Source: Lingula anatina
Taxonomy: Eukaryota; Animalia; Brachiopoda
Length of the DNA stretch: 64,000 nucleotides
Assembly (NCBI GenBank): GCA_051362555.1
Contig: CM120644.1
Coordinates: 8,316,954-8,380,953, forward strand
Direction: 5' to 3'
The number at the start of each line of letters is the position of its first letter. Within the stretch, counting starts at the first letter, position 1. Of the stretch, positions 1 through 11,700 are shown in pieces. Both the position numbers and the translations under genes were made by a program. The notes under the pieces were generated by a model. It saw nothing but the letters and a program-made list of their open reading frames with translations. It had not been told where the DNA came from and did no database searches.

Positions 1-72
1 TTATGTGCCTGTACCTTCAGGTTTGCACGGCGAATCCAACACATTGATAAAATGAAAATCTTCATTCTCCCT

Positions 73-104
<32 letters not shown>

Positions 105-235
105 CTTTCCACTTTGTACTTTGGAACTTTTTTGTTTTTCGTATATTTTTTTTTTGCTTTATTAAATTCGTTAAACAATTAAATAGACTGGGGAGAGTTG
201 AAGTTAAAGTTTGCTGTCAAAGTTCAAAGCGAGAT

Positions 236-2428
236 TTAATGCAAATTTTGCATGTTTTCAAATATCATATGAGTTGCTATAGATTTCCATTGTTTTTCCT
301 GTATAGTTCGTTCCGTGGGCGCACGTATGAAGTTGATCAGCAGTTTTGGAAGTGCTGCAGCCGCCAGGGACGCAAATGACTTCCCAATTGTGGTCAAACG
401 CTGGACTTGATTATAAGCATACAGTGCAAACATAATCACAACTACAATCAGAACTGAATGAAGAGAAAGGACTACAGCACGCACAAGTTGCCTCTTCAGA
501 GGAAGAATCCGAGTGTATATTTGTATCCAAAGAGCCTTCTCCATTTTTCTGATCCCGCTAGCGTGCAGATAGGACGGTTGTTTTGGTGGGCGCTCAGTTT
601 GAATACATCGGCTGTCTCGCGTGCTCCCGTTGGCTACTGAAGAATAGTTGGAGGAAGTGAGCTCTAAGAGACGTATGGTTTCAGCGTCCTCTCCTTTAGC
701 AGTACCACTCGATGAATCATAGGAGTGTTTTGCTTCGCGGCATTCATCATAAGCCTTAAACACAATGGTCTTGAGTGTGCGATATTTCTCCTGCATGGAA
801 TGAAATGGAAGATAGAGATAGTAGAGCCCCGAGACCATGAACACTAAATAGGGAAGGTTCTGATCGCTATTAATGACAAGACCAGCTACAGTAAAAGTGA
901 TTATCCAGCATATTGTTGAGCACGTGTCAATCAAAAGCAAGACGAAATACAGGAAAGGAAATAAAGAAATAAATGCGTATGGAAGTTTCAGTCTTCTCAG
1001 CACTGGGATACAATCCATTTTGCTGAGTTGCATGCCGAGCATGACCAGAAACAAGAAGCCTACAGGCATAAAGGGCAAAATAAAGGGCATAAGCACTGAA
1101 TACAAGAAATTGGATTTAAAGGCTTTCTTCAAAATGCGGAAGAAAATGCGCGGTTCAAGGTGATATATTAGGGATGTCATGAGACAAATGTGACTTGGTG
1201 GAAACCCTGCATTTCGATTGGCTAAAAATGTGACACCGATGTCCTTGAAAAAAGCACCGGATGCCAGATTGCGGTAGGTGTGAACGGGTGTGACAAAGAC
1301 AACAAACACAAAGCTCCAGACCGTGAGTGCGACTGCGAAACCAAGATAACCCACCCAAGGTTGAATATCCAAGAGTATACAAGTATACGCTGATGATACA
1401 AGGCGTGAATATATCCAAGCCCAAGTAGATATCTGAAATAATTCTGTAAACGCACAATTACCCTCCCAAACAAATGGATACTGTATTAGGTTGGTCAATA
1501 CCAAAAAAGTTATCATTGCGTGAACCACCACAAAGGCCAACACCCTATATAGAATGGTGAGGCATCTGTTACCCTTTGGGGCAAAAAATAATTCGCTGAA
1601 AGGCGTCAAGTTGTTATAGTATTCAAATTGTTGCAGCTCTTCCTGGGCAACGTCGCTAAGATACACTGAATATCTTGACGGAACTGCCTTAAGTATCAAG
1701 AGAGGGAGATAGAAAAAGAGGGTTCCAGTAAAGAAAATTTGGACAATAAAAGCCACTGCATGCACGAGGTATGGTGTCCTCACGTAGTCAAGAGTCACAT
1801 TTTCCTTTGAGCGGTTATATAACATGTTTTGAGTACAGCCAGTGCGTCCTTCCAATGGAAGTGACAAATTTCTGAGGTATGACTTTACACACAGTTGCAA
1901 GTCTCCGTCATTTAATGATACGTCCGTCATTGCGTCTGAAATGCTACTCAATATGGCGGATGTTATGCAGTACAGACGGCATTCTAAATTTAAGTCTTTC
2001 CAACAAGAGTCGGGCTTCTGGACTATATCAACCTCAAAATCATAAACTTGATGTTTGAGAGTCCACAGTGAAAGGACAACGAAGTATGGATACACTTGCA
2101 AATAAGGCCAACCGGTCAAATTATTTAATAACATCCATCTGTAAGTCAATTCCAACCCCTTTAGATCTTTGTCAGTTACTGTCGAGTTACTAGCAGCCAT
2201 CACATTTGGAACGATTACAGTATATCTGAACTTCATCCCAAGTAGTTGGCGTAGTAGTCTTTTGCCGTTTTCGGTGAACGTTAATGTGCAGTTCTCGGAG
2301 CAGCTAAGCGTTGCGGAACCAAGAGGGGGCGGAGGTTCTGGCAATGCTCGCACAGGGCATAGATATGACGTGAAGAGCGTAATGATGAAGTACACTGAAA
2401 CGGAACCGATGACCGCCTTGATCGTCAT
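236..2428 (-). CDS. Uncharacterised 730-aa multi-pass membrane protein (single coding exon)
   Basis: Uninterrupted ORF. Hydrophobic N-terminal signal-like segment, then a Cys- and N-x-S/T-rich luminal region of about 200 aa, then roughly 9-11 hydrophobic stretches. A polypyrimidine/AG acceptor at 2466-2467 lies just upstream of the ATG. I do not recognise the family. Confidence 0.85.
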   Translation of the reverse strand: MTIKAVIGSVSVYFIITLFTSYLCPVRALPEPPPPLGSATLSCSENCTLTFTENGKRLLRQLLGMKFRYTVIVPNVMAASNSTVTDKDLKGLELTYRWMLLNNLTGWPYLQVYPYFVVLSLWTLKHQVYDFEVDIVQKPDSCWKDLNLECRLYCITSAILSSISDAMTDVSLNDGDLQLCVKSYLRNLSLPLEGRTGCTQNMLYNRSKENVTLDYVRTPYLVHAVAFIVQIFFTGTLFFYLPLLILKAVPSRYSVYLSDVAQEELQQFEYYNNLTPFSELFFAPKGNRCLTILYRVLAFVVVHAMITFLVLTNLIQYPFVWEGNCAFTELFQISTWAWIYSRLVSSAYTCILLDIQPWVGYLGFAVALTVWSFVFVVFVTPVHTYRNLASGAFFKDIGVTFLANRNAGFPPSHICLMTSLIYHLEPRIFFRILKKAFKSNFLYSVLMPFILPFMPVGFLFLVMLGMQLSKMDCIPVLRRLKLPYAFISLFPFLYFVLLLIDTCSTICWIITFTVAGLVINSDQNLPYLVFMVSGLYYLYLPFHSMQEKYRTLKTIVFKAYDECREAKHSYDSSSGTAKGEDAETIRLLELTSSNYSSVANGSTRDSRCIQTERPPKQPSYLHASGIRKMEKALWIQIYTRILPLKRQLVRAVVLSLHSVLIVVVIMFALYAYNQVQRLTTIGKSFASLAAAALPKLLINFIRAPTERTIQEKQWKSIATHMIFENMQNLH

Positions 2429-2749
2429 TTTCTTTGGTGGTTACCAATGTCCCCCAAATGACAACCTGAAATAAAACAAAATCACGGGATTAGTAAAACA
2501 ATCAGGAGCTTAACCAAATGTAAGCGTATAATGACTATCACTATCACTTTCGGTGCATTAGGGAAACATGCATGTATATAGGCTAATGAATAGGGCAACA
2601 TCCTTTAAGAAAATATAACCATTTTTTGTATTATTTATTTATGCTTTTTTATGAAATTCGATATATTTCAGTGGTTTTAGATGCAGAGCAGTTTTATTTG
2701 TTTGTTTGTTTAAAGGTCTATTTTTGTTTGTTTGTTATTGATGATGTTC

Positions 2750-2837
<88 letters not shown>

Positions 2838-2842
2838 TATTT

Positions 2843-2890
<48 letters not shown>

Positions 2891-2987
2891 TATTTCGGAG
2901 AGAGAGAGAGAGAGAGAGAGGGTTATTTCGGAGAGAGAGAGAGAGAGAGAGAGGGTTACTTCGGAGAGAGAGAGAGAGAGAGAGAGT
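2750..2987. repeat. Compound (GT)n/(GA)n microsatellite with four GGGTTAYTTCG interruptions
   Basis: Directly visible. A second (GT)n(GA)n tract lies at 3143-3218 and a (CT)n tract at 72-99. Confidence 0.95.
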
Positions 2988-3157
2988 AATTTAGTGATGC
3001 TTTACCGAAAATGTCAGCTTGTGTATGGATTCACATTGCATACAGTTGTAGTGGCTTTATTTCTACTATAGGTATAATTCAGTGTACTCTAGTGGCCTCA
3101 GTGGTGCAAAGCAGATTTCTTATCTAAACTGAGTGTGTCTGCGTGTGTGTGTGAGTA

Positions 3158-3223
<66 letters not shown>

Positions 3224-3477
3224 TCTGTGATAGTTCAAATAAATACGTTTGAGCTTAAGACCTACTGGGGGAACTCCGTGCAAGCTTAGACTAATGAACT
3301 ATTCCATGGGAAAGTGGATTGTCCACCCATTCCCCAGAAATATTTACAAAATATTAGCTGTTAGATAAAACTGACAACAAAATATGATTACGAATACTTA
3401 AAATCTGCCAAAGATTTTCCAATAAAGAGAAGTTACAAAAAAAGTAATAATCAAAGCTGTATAGTTCAGATACTCAC

Positions 3478-3590
3478 CACGAGCACAAGTTAAGCAGCAC
3501 AAGGATCTTTGTCTCTCTCAGCAGGTTCGAGAACGCGACTGGTGGTACTCGGCTCGGTTGGAATTAAATAGTCTAAGATTGTAACGAAAG
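3478..3590 (-). other. Probable non-coding 5' exon of the membrane-protein gene
   Basis: Consensus donor GTG|GTGAGT at 3477 can pair with the acceptor at 2466, giving a ~1 kb intron that contains the microsatellites. The upper boundary is a guess. Confidence 0.45.
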
Positions 3591-5704
3591 TGCAAGCGAC
3601 AGTGACATCCTACATGCATAAATATTAGTAATGCGTTTCTCTACTCAAAAATGAAAGGTAAGATACCCAGTCATGGTTTTGCCCGATTGACGATATACAT
3701 GCACATGGATCTATTTTAAAGAGTAAATGTATAAACAAATGTATGCAAATACATAAAATATCGTGGGCAAAGCGAAGTTTCCCGACAGCTCTTATACGAA
3801 TAAGTGGGCAGAAACAGAACAGTGAATAAAAGGTGAAGAACGCTACTTCCTCTAAAATGAATTTAAATGAACTTATATTTATCTTAAGTGTAGTGAGATA
3901 ATCACTGGCAGTTTACTTTCTCTATTTTGTTTATTATCACTTGCGTTTTTACCAGCGCCATTGCCATGAATCATATTTTCGTGATACTAATTTCCAGTTT
4001 TATTTTAAATACCGAAGTGTTTATCAATTGTAAATAGTGTGATTCTTCTCAAGTAGGAAGTGATTTGTTTGGTTGACAAAAGCGCTGGCCATTATTAAGT
4101 TTACTTAATCTGTCAATTGTTGCGTTTTCAAACCAGCTTTTGTTTAAAACTTCCGAAGGTTAACAAGTGAGACGTGACAGGCTGGAAACGGGACAATACA
4201 AGTATTGCTGTGACATTAAACCTGTGTAAATTCAATGTCGCCATCCACCCCATTGATATACATGTACTTGCAATTGTGCCTGAAGAAAGTGTTCAATTTA
4301 ATAACAAAAGTATCATCTACATAATGGAGCCAAAACCTTGCGTGTCTTCCTGGATACTCCGTGAGTGTGTTTTGCTCCCAACTACACTGTCACCACGTGA
4401 TACCAGTGACAATTTAAAATTAGTTTTTAGAAGAAATATTATTGTAAGGTCGAAACATCGTGATTTTTTGTCCGTCTCACCAAGGAGTTATAACGTATTA
4501 AGTCAACGTTCATTGTTTAGATACTCACATTAAGTTTTATGAATATACACATGCAGTTTCTTGTGAAACATGAATCTCAGTTTAATTGTGCAGTTTTAGT
4601 TTTAATATATTAATGTAAACAGCGCTATTTAAGACGCACGTGCCCTTCGGTATTAATTATAAAAATTATGATAACTGTTGTTTTGGGGGTTCAACTGACT
4701 CATGCGTTCTAGTTGTTACACATTTATATAAAAATTAATTAATTTTTTAATAATTATATTCACATTTTTATTGACCAGCTGTTTTAGTTTCCGTGTTTTC
4801 TTCTTCGTTATTAAAGGCACTATATAACAGGTAAGGTATGCACTAGCCAAGTGCTAGCTGAGCTCTGGTATTATCAGTAAGCTGGAATGTTTCTTCGTTT
4901 GACTGAAAACACGTTAAAGACAACTTTTTAATAACGAGACAATGATATTATTATTACCCTGATCATAGTTCGCACTGGCTGTGAAATAGGAAGTGCAATG
5001 GTAGCTGGGAAGACGTCCATTGCACACTGCACATTGTTTATAATCATTTTTGTTATTTTTGGGTCAAGCTCAAGAGATATCGTGAACCATATATTACTAT
5101 TGCAGCAATATGGACTGACTTAATTTTAACTGACATTAAATTCTGAACTCTAATAAAAATAAGCTTTCTATTCTGTTCTACTTATCAGTGCGTCTACATT
5201 ATTTTGTACAATTAACTGAATATTGAATTATATCATTTTAATATCATATATCATTTCATTTATGTTCAGCCAGGTTACTTTAAGTGGTTATATACATACA
5301 CATCTCGATATAAACGATGGAAATGCTTTGGTGCCAAAATTGCATTTGGTGTTTGTATTAGGTACGTGTGAATAGTAACATTTTAATGAAAAATAGTGAT
5401 ATAACAACAAAAAAAAAAAAAAAAAAATCAGTTCGCTCAGATGGATTTATTTCATAGAAAGGTACAATGATAATACTACTATCTCACATGGTATAACATC
5501 ATTTTGGGTAACAGAAGATTTCTAATCGTCTGTTATTATCTTATTTCAAAGTTTTTTAAAGGCAGTACAATAATCAAAAGTATGTTAAAAGGTATATTTT
5601 ACATAAGGTGGTTTAGTAGGTCGCAGATATACTATTTTGAAGTAGTATTGTATGCCATTCAACATGATCACTATGTCACTTTGTCCTTATCTCCCGGATG
5701 CAAG

Positions 5705-8700
5705 TTATGGGCACAGAAAACGGACTTCGTAATCGTAGCAATATTGTCCGCTCGGCTGGTCGCTGTTGACGCAAGCGAACCCTTCAGAGGGTGTGCATTT
5801 GGTCCTGATCACCTGGCCCGCCTGATCCCACGGCTGATTGGTTCCTCTGACGCGGCACTGGATATCAATTGGTTCATGTCCGGAGCACTTAGAAAAAGAA
5901 AAAGGACGCCGTTGTTACCATACGCCATATTTATGTCTCCTCGTTGACCCAAGCGGAAGAATAAGTAAAGGACAAACACAAATTTAGTGCTCGAAATACA
6001 TGTATGGCTTTGTTACCATATGTCATATTTTGTCACAGTCATGACAAGGGTGTCACAGTGTTTTGGATATTGTACGCACAACCCGACACAAAGTTTAAAA
6101 TCGTTAATTAAAAGTAAAACTTAACTGAAAGCAGAGTTGTTTATTATTATTATTATTAATATTATTATTATTTATGTCATTGTGAAATTCTATTTCACTT
6201 GACACAGTGTGTTTATTTGTCTTATTTTCATATCCATAATAAAGTAGGACTTCTCAAATGAAGAAGCGTTTAAATTAATGCTAACTTGACGTAGGACAAG
6301 CTGGAAATTATAAGGACCTATCCAAGTTTGTAAATAAATGCTAAATACTCGATTTTCACAAAACTATAAAAAAATGGGAGCAAATATAAGTCAATGTTTT
6401 GATTGTCTTTGTGGCCAATGACGATTTCAAATAGGAAAATATGATGGAGTTAATGTGCACTGAAATATGACGAACATTTTACACCTTTTAAAACACGTAA
6501 ACTGCCCTTCTTTGAGAAACAAATGCGCGCTCCTGGCACAAAACCCCTGTCCAACTGGCCCTTTTGGTCAATGCCATAGCCAAGGGATAAACAATTTATA
6601 CGACAAATTTGTAGCTAAAAAGCACCACTCCGAGAGCTATGCTCCCCAAAGTTAGTCAAAAATATTTTTTTCAAATGTGAAAAAAAAACACTGAATAAAT
6701 AATCAAAACTTTGAAACAACCATATTAAAACTGAATTGTGCTGTTTTCAGACCATTTTTGCATGTACATTATTTTACGTTTTAGAAATAAGGTTACAAAA
6801 CATGGCAAATTCAAGGTTCCAAATTAGGGATTTTTCCTCTGCAATATATAACGTTTACATAACATACATTTATATAACAAAAAAAAACGTTTAGGTAACG
6901 TTATAAAACATTTTGTGTAACGTTATAAAACATTTTGTGTTTGCTGGGTAATACTAACCGGATTATGTCCTGTTGGCGCCACGTGTTCATAGTCTCCCTT
7001 ACCGCCTGGGTTATCTCTGTCCAACCAGGAAGTCCACGTTGCGCATGAGCACGAGCTACAAGTGCCTGGCAGATATAATTTTAAATCATGCATAGAGAGG
7101 TGCAATAAGGACTGGGATACGCAATTTACTGTTACTTATATAATTAGCGCAAAGCTACCCGACTAGACCGTATCGCACCACTTAGAACACAGGCACATTA
7201 CCTGGAGTGACGAGAAGGAGAAAATGAACTAGTAGTAGATCTCAGTCTCATTGGACCAATGAATGGTGGAATGGTTTTATGTGGTGCATTTGTTCTGTCC
7301 ACATTCAACAGTTCGTAATGCGACTTACATATGGTTGGGCATTTGAACTGCACCTCGTAGTCCTTGCAGGTCCCCCCGTTGACTGCTGTAGTACAAATCA
7401 AGCCATTCTCCCAGCTACAGTCATGGTTGGTATTGTACGTGTCTCCTGTTGCGTAATAATGGAGGTAGCTTACTCTATCGCGGCAATGCGCGCACATCGG
7501 GCGACCACCACTGCAAAGGTTGACGCCATCACCCTGAAAAAACAGATCTCAGTGAGAACAAAATCTAAGTTGTGTATAATAACGTAAAGACATCAAGATC
7601 GATGTATGCACAAAGATCAAACAGAAATTCAAATAAACAGATTAAGTGCCATATATGATACATGATCGACACATGGACATCACGTGAGTATCCTTACCCT
7701 AAAAGCCGCCACGTTTTCGAAGTCTCCATTGCCACCTGGGTTATCCCTATCTAAATAGCTTGTCCATGTTCCAGCTAAACGGAAGATTAAAGGGATTCAA
7801 TATGAATATATTTATTGCCCAGTTAACCACACCACCATTTTAGAAATAGAAAGGAGATTGTGCATGTAACGAGGCGGTAGATAAACCGCACGTTTTAGAT
7901 ATTTCTATTGTAGTGCAATACACGGCACACTGCACACCTACATATACACTACAATACTTTACAATACACTATAATACACTACAATATATAAACACTACAA
8001 TACACTGCACACCTACATATTTAACAGTTCCCATAGCACTTACACGTTGTTGGGCACAAGTATCTTATCTCATAGTCATTGCAGGATCCGTCAGCCTGCT
8101 GGGAGTTGACACACGCCAAACCTCTGGTAGGTAAACAGTGAATCGCTAAGGTATCGGGAGCAGTTCCGGACCAGCGCGTGAACGTACTGGTTGATCCCTT
8201 CACGCGACACTCTGCCCCAATGGGTTTACATCCGCCACAGACGTAACCTAGTTTCTTAATTATTATAACAGATGAAGTATTTATGGAATATTTCATAAAC
8301 TTTATAAACGTCTCAATTGCACAGAAAGCCAGACAAAAAATATTCCTTTCCTTTTCTCGTTTTGATAATTTTTGTCAAACATATTTTCAGTTTTAAAATT
8401 TATCACATATTTATTGATTGATTTTGTTTTATTTTTCACATAGAACTCCTTTCTAGTTTCCCCCTTACTAGCAAAAAAAAAACGCATTTTTATATCTATA
8501 TACTTTAATGGCCGCGCAAACCATGACACTGTACCAATTGCAATGCCCAATAACTTGACCCCTGTACAGATCGGAAAGCCGTGACATGATATGTCAGCAT
8601 GACATTCAGTCCCCCAAACGTGGCTCTCTGTTTTCTGTGTCCACTAGCATTGATTGTAACTGATTTCTGCGACTTTTGTCCTAATTTATGTTCAGCGTAT

Positions 8701-11700
8701 CAGTAATCTATTGCACACGTACGGAAGACTAATATGGTCTTATGTAACTGAGAACAGTGACCATACTAACATGTGCATCTTTGGGCATTTTGAAGCACTG
8801 TGGTCAGTATATTTAAAACAGCTGAAATCAGTGGTCAGTATATTTATAACAGCTGAAATCAGTGGACAGTATATTTATAACAGCTGAAATCAGTGGACAG
8901 TATATTTATAACAGCTGAAATCAGTTTTCCTCACCTTTTGATCATACAAAGTTTCATAATCCCCTTTACCACCAGGATTGTCTCGATCATACCAACCCGT
9001 CCAATAGTGGCCTGAAAGAAGAAATGCCGTGTAGTTTTAAGCACAAATAAAATAAAATGAATAGCATTTTTCACATTAATTAGTCACATGGATAGAAAAT
9101 TACAATGACCCGTACTTTGCGTCATAAGAGATTTTGCTCTCTCTAGATATATCCTCCAAAATGAATAACTGAGGGATAACTCTCCAAACAAAAGCGCTAT
9201 ACCCTTTTATCTATGCACCTTTTTTGGAACGCCATCATTCGATCCGCAATTAATCGTTATAAAGCATTTTGACTCCATGCACAGACCCTTCAAGTGCATC
9301 CTCCAATCCATGCTAAAGTGTGGCTAATGTTTTTTTTTTTTTTTTTCATTTTTTTAGAGTTGCACGTTTATAATTTATTCGTCGTGGAGATGCAGACAGG
9401 TGAATTTTACTCGTGACAAAAAATAGAAAGAAAGAAAAATTTTTAAATTTCATTTACATTTATATTTAATGCAAGGTATCTGTTGCGTTCGTCCTTTCAA
9501 GTATGTTGCATGCAATAAATCGCTTCTAATATTTCTTTTACATTTTTAATAATAATAATTGTAATAATAATAATAATAATAGAAAAACACTCAGGAAGCA
9601 CAGACCTCCACGGCAACTCACGCGGCAACTCACAAATCTTTATTATCAATTATTTGTAAATTAATTATTGATCAATTCAAAGTGTGCTCATTATTTTCAT
9701 AATTTATTAATTAACTGAATAATTGGCGTAATTCCCATTATTGATTGATGAATCAAAAACAAATTTAAAGTTATGCGTAGTTTCGATCTACCCCTAATGT
9801 TTCATCAGAATCCCTCCAATTTTGCATCATGTCCCCTATAGACAGACAAACTTAATACATTAACTGATTACTAATCTATAGATCACAATCCGGTCATTTG
9901 TACTTGGTCTAATCCCGAAAGCTTCTGAAAACCTCAGCAATATCCGTCTACAGTTTTTTGCATCATGTTGCAAATACAAATATACGAATAATAAATTAAT
10001 TTCCCATTCATAAGTGTATTGATCACCATCACAATTTAATCTTTCTTTAAGATATTTTCTGGGATTTTCATCTTACCCCCCCCCCCCTCCCAGCAAGTTT
10101 CCACCGCAAGACATACACTTAATTATCTCATAATCAACCTGAAGCTAATAAGTAGATCATCACCAAAATTTAATCATTTTTGCCACCGCCCCTACCCCGG
10201 ACACTTTCTAGAAACCATCATAATTCGTCCTCAAGTCTTTCCCCAAAAATATAACTAAGACCCCATTCCCAGAGATTAGATCGATCTACTTTAGATCGAC
10301 CTAACTCTCTGGAGATTCATAGCTGTCTAAATAGCTGTCAGCCAAGCGGGCACGTAAGTTAATTACCCCCTTACAGCTTGTAGTAGGCGGGACGGGCATT
10401 TAGCCGGATTATCTGACAGTAATCTAGTGAGACTCCCTGCGGGGATAGATCGATCTAAATGCTCTGGGAATACGCCCTAAAAGATGAACGGAAAAAAAAA
10501 CAGGAGATGATAAGTAGAGCAAACGAACAAAACGTCGTGCCTCGATATGAGAACCAGGCAGCTTGGGAGGTTTTAGCCTCCAAATTCTAAAAAAATATAT
10601 CATCATATCTGTCAGCGACAGTTACTCAACTTCCCTACTTAATGAACTCTGCCAATGGTGAACGCATTCAACACCGTAACTGAGCAGTTTTTGCGTCCAG
10701 CTGCTATATAACCTGGACGTTTTCTACAGCGGGATGCAGTGCGGCATCAACACACTCCGACGACCACAGCTTGTAGCAACGACAGGCGGCTCGACAGCAG
10801 CGGTTCTCTCCAGCACCTCGCACCGGCCTACGACTCCGCGGTCACCCCGGCGGCTCGACAGCAGCGGTTCTCTCCAGAACCTCGCATCGGCCTACGACTC
10901 CGCGGTCACCCCGGCGGCTCGACAGCAGCGGTTCTCTCCAGCACCTCGCACCGGCCTACAACTCCGCGGTCACCCCGGTGGCTCGACAGCGGTCTACTCC
11001 TGCTCCACTCATCGGCCCAAGACACTACGGTCACCCCGGCGGCTCGATATCGGTCTACTCGACTCCTGCGCCACTCATCTGCCCACGACCCAGCAGTCAA
11101 CCCGGCGACTTACGACAGTGGTATCTCTCGATAGCAGTCCAACCGACAGCGATCCATTTCGATTTGGTTTAATTTTATTTTCATTCAATTTTTGTAACCA
11201 TTTATTCGCTATTAAATTATTTATTTATTTTCTTCGTTCTTGTTGCTTCTATCACCGTCTCGTCCTCAACAATATCGTATATTATATATTTATTATTATT
11301 GAAGATTTCTATAATACACGAGAAGTCTTTTGATGTATGCCATTCTAAGATGTTTATTACAAAAAATATCAATTTGAGCAAATGTCATTTTCAGTCTGCC
11401 ACATGGAGAATTTTATTTATCAAGAGTGGGGGAGGGGTGGAAAGTCCCCATTGGGTCCACATATAACAATATAAATACAAATGGAAAATAAAAATAAAAT
11501 AAAGGCAAAACAAATGTTATTCTAAGGAAAGTTCGAAGGATTAACTTTTTAATACATAAAATCAATAAAACATATCTAATATAATTTCTCAAAACGACAC
11601 CAGTGAGCAAATTAAAATCAACCAGCCGGTAAACCAAACAGGTTCTGTCAAATTCACCATTTCAAACAGCTCACTTTTTGCGCATGCGCAGTAGTTTGAA

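Noticed and set aside
2754-3283. ER-, CV- and SL-repeat ORFs
   Set aside because: They are translations of dinucleotide microsatellites.
10734-11333. 199-aa and 131-aa repetitive ORFs, and a CRISPR-like look
   Set aside because: They arise from a GC-rich 64-bp tandem repeat (not a multiple of 3) inside an LTR. There are no unique spacers and no cas genes, and the context is eukaryotic.
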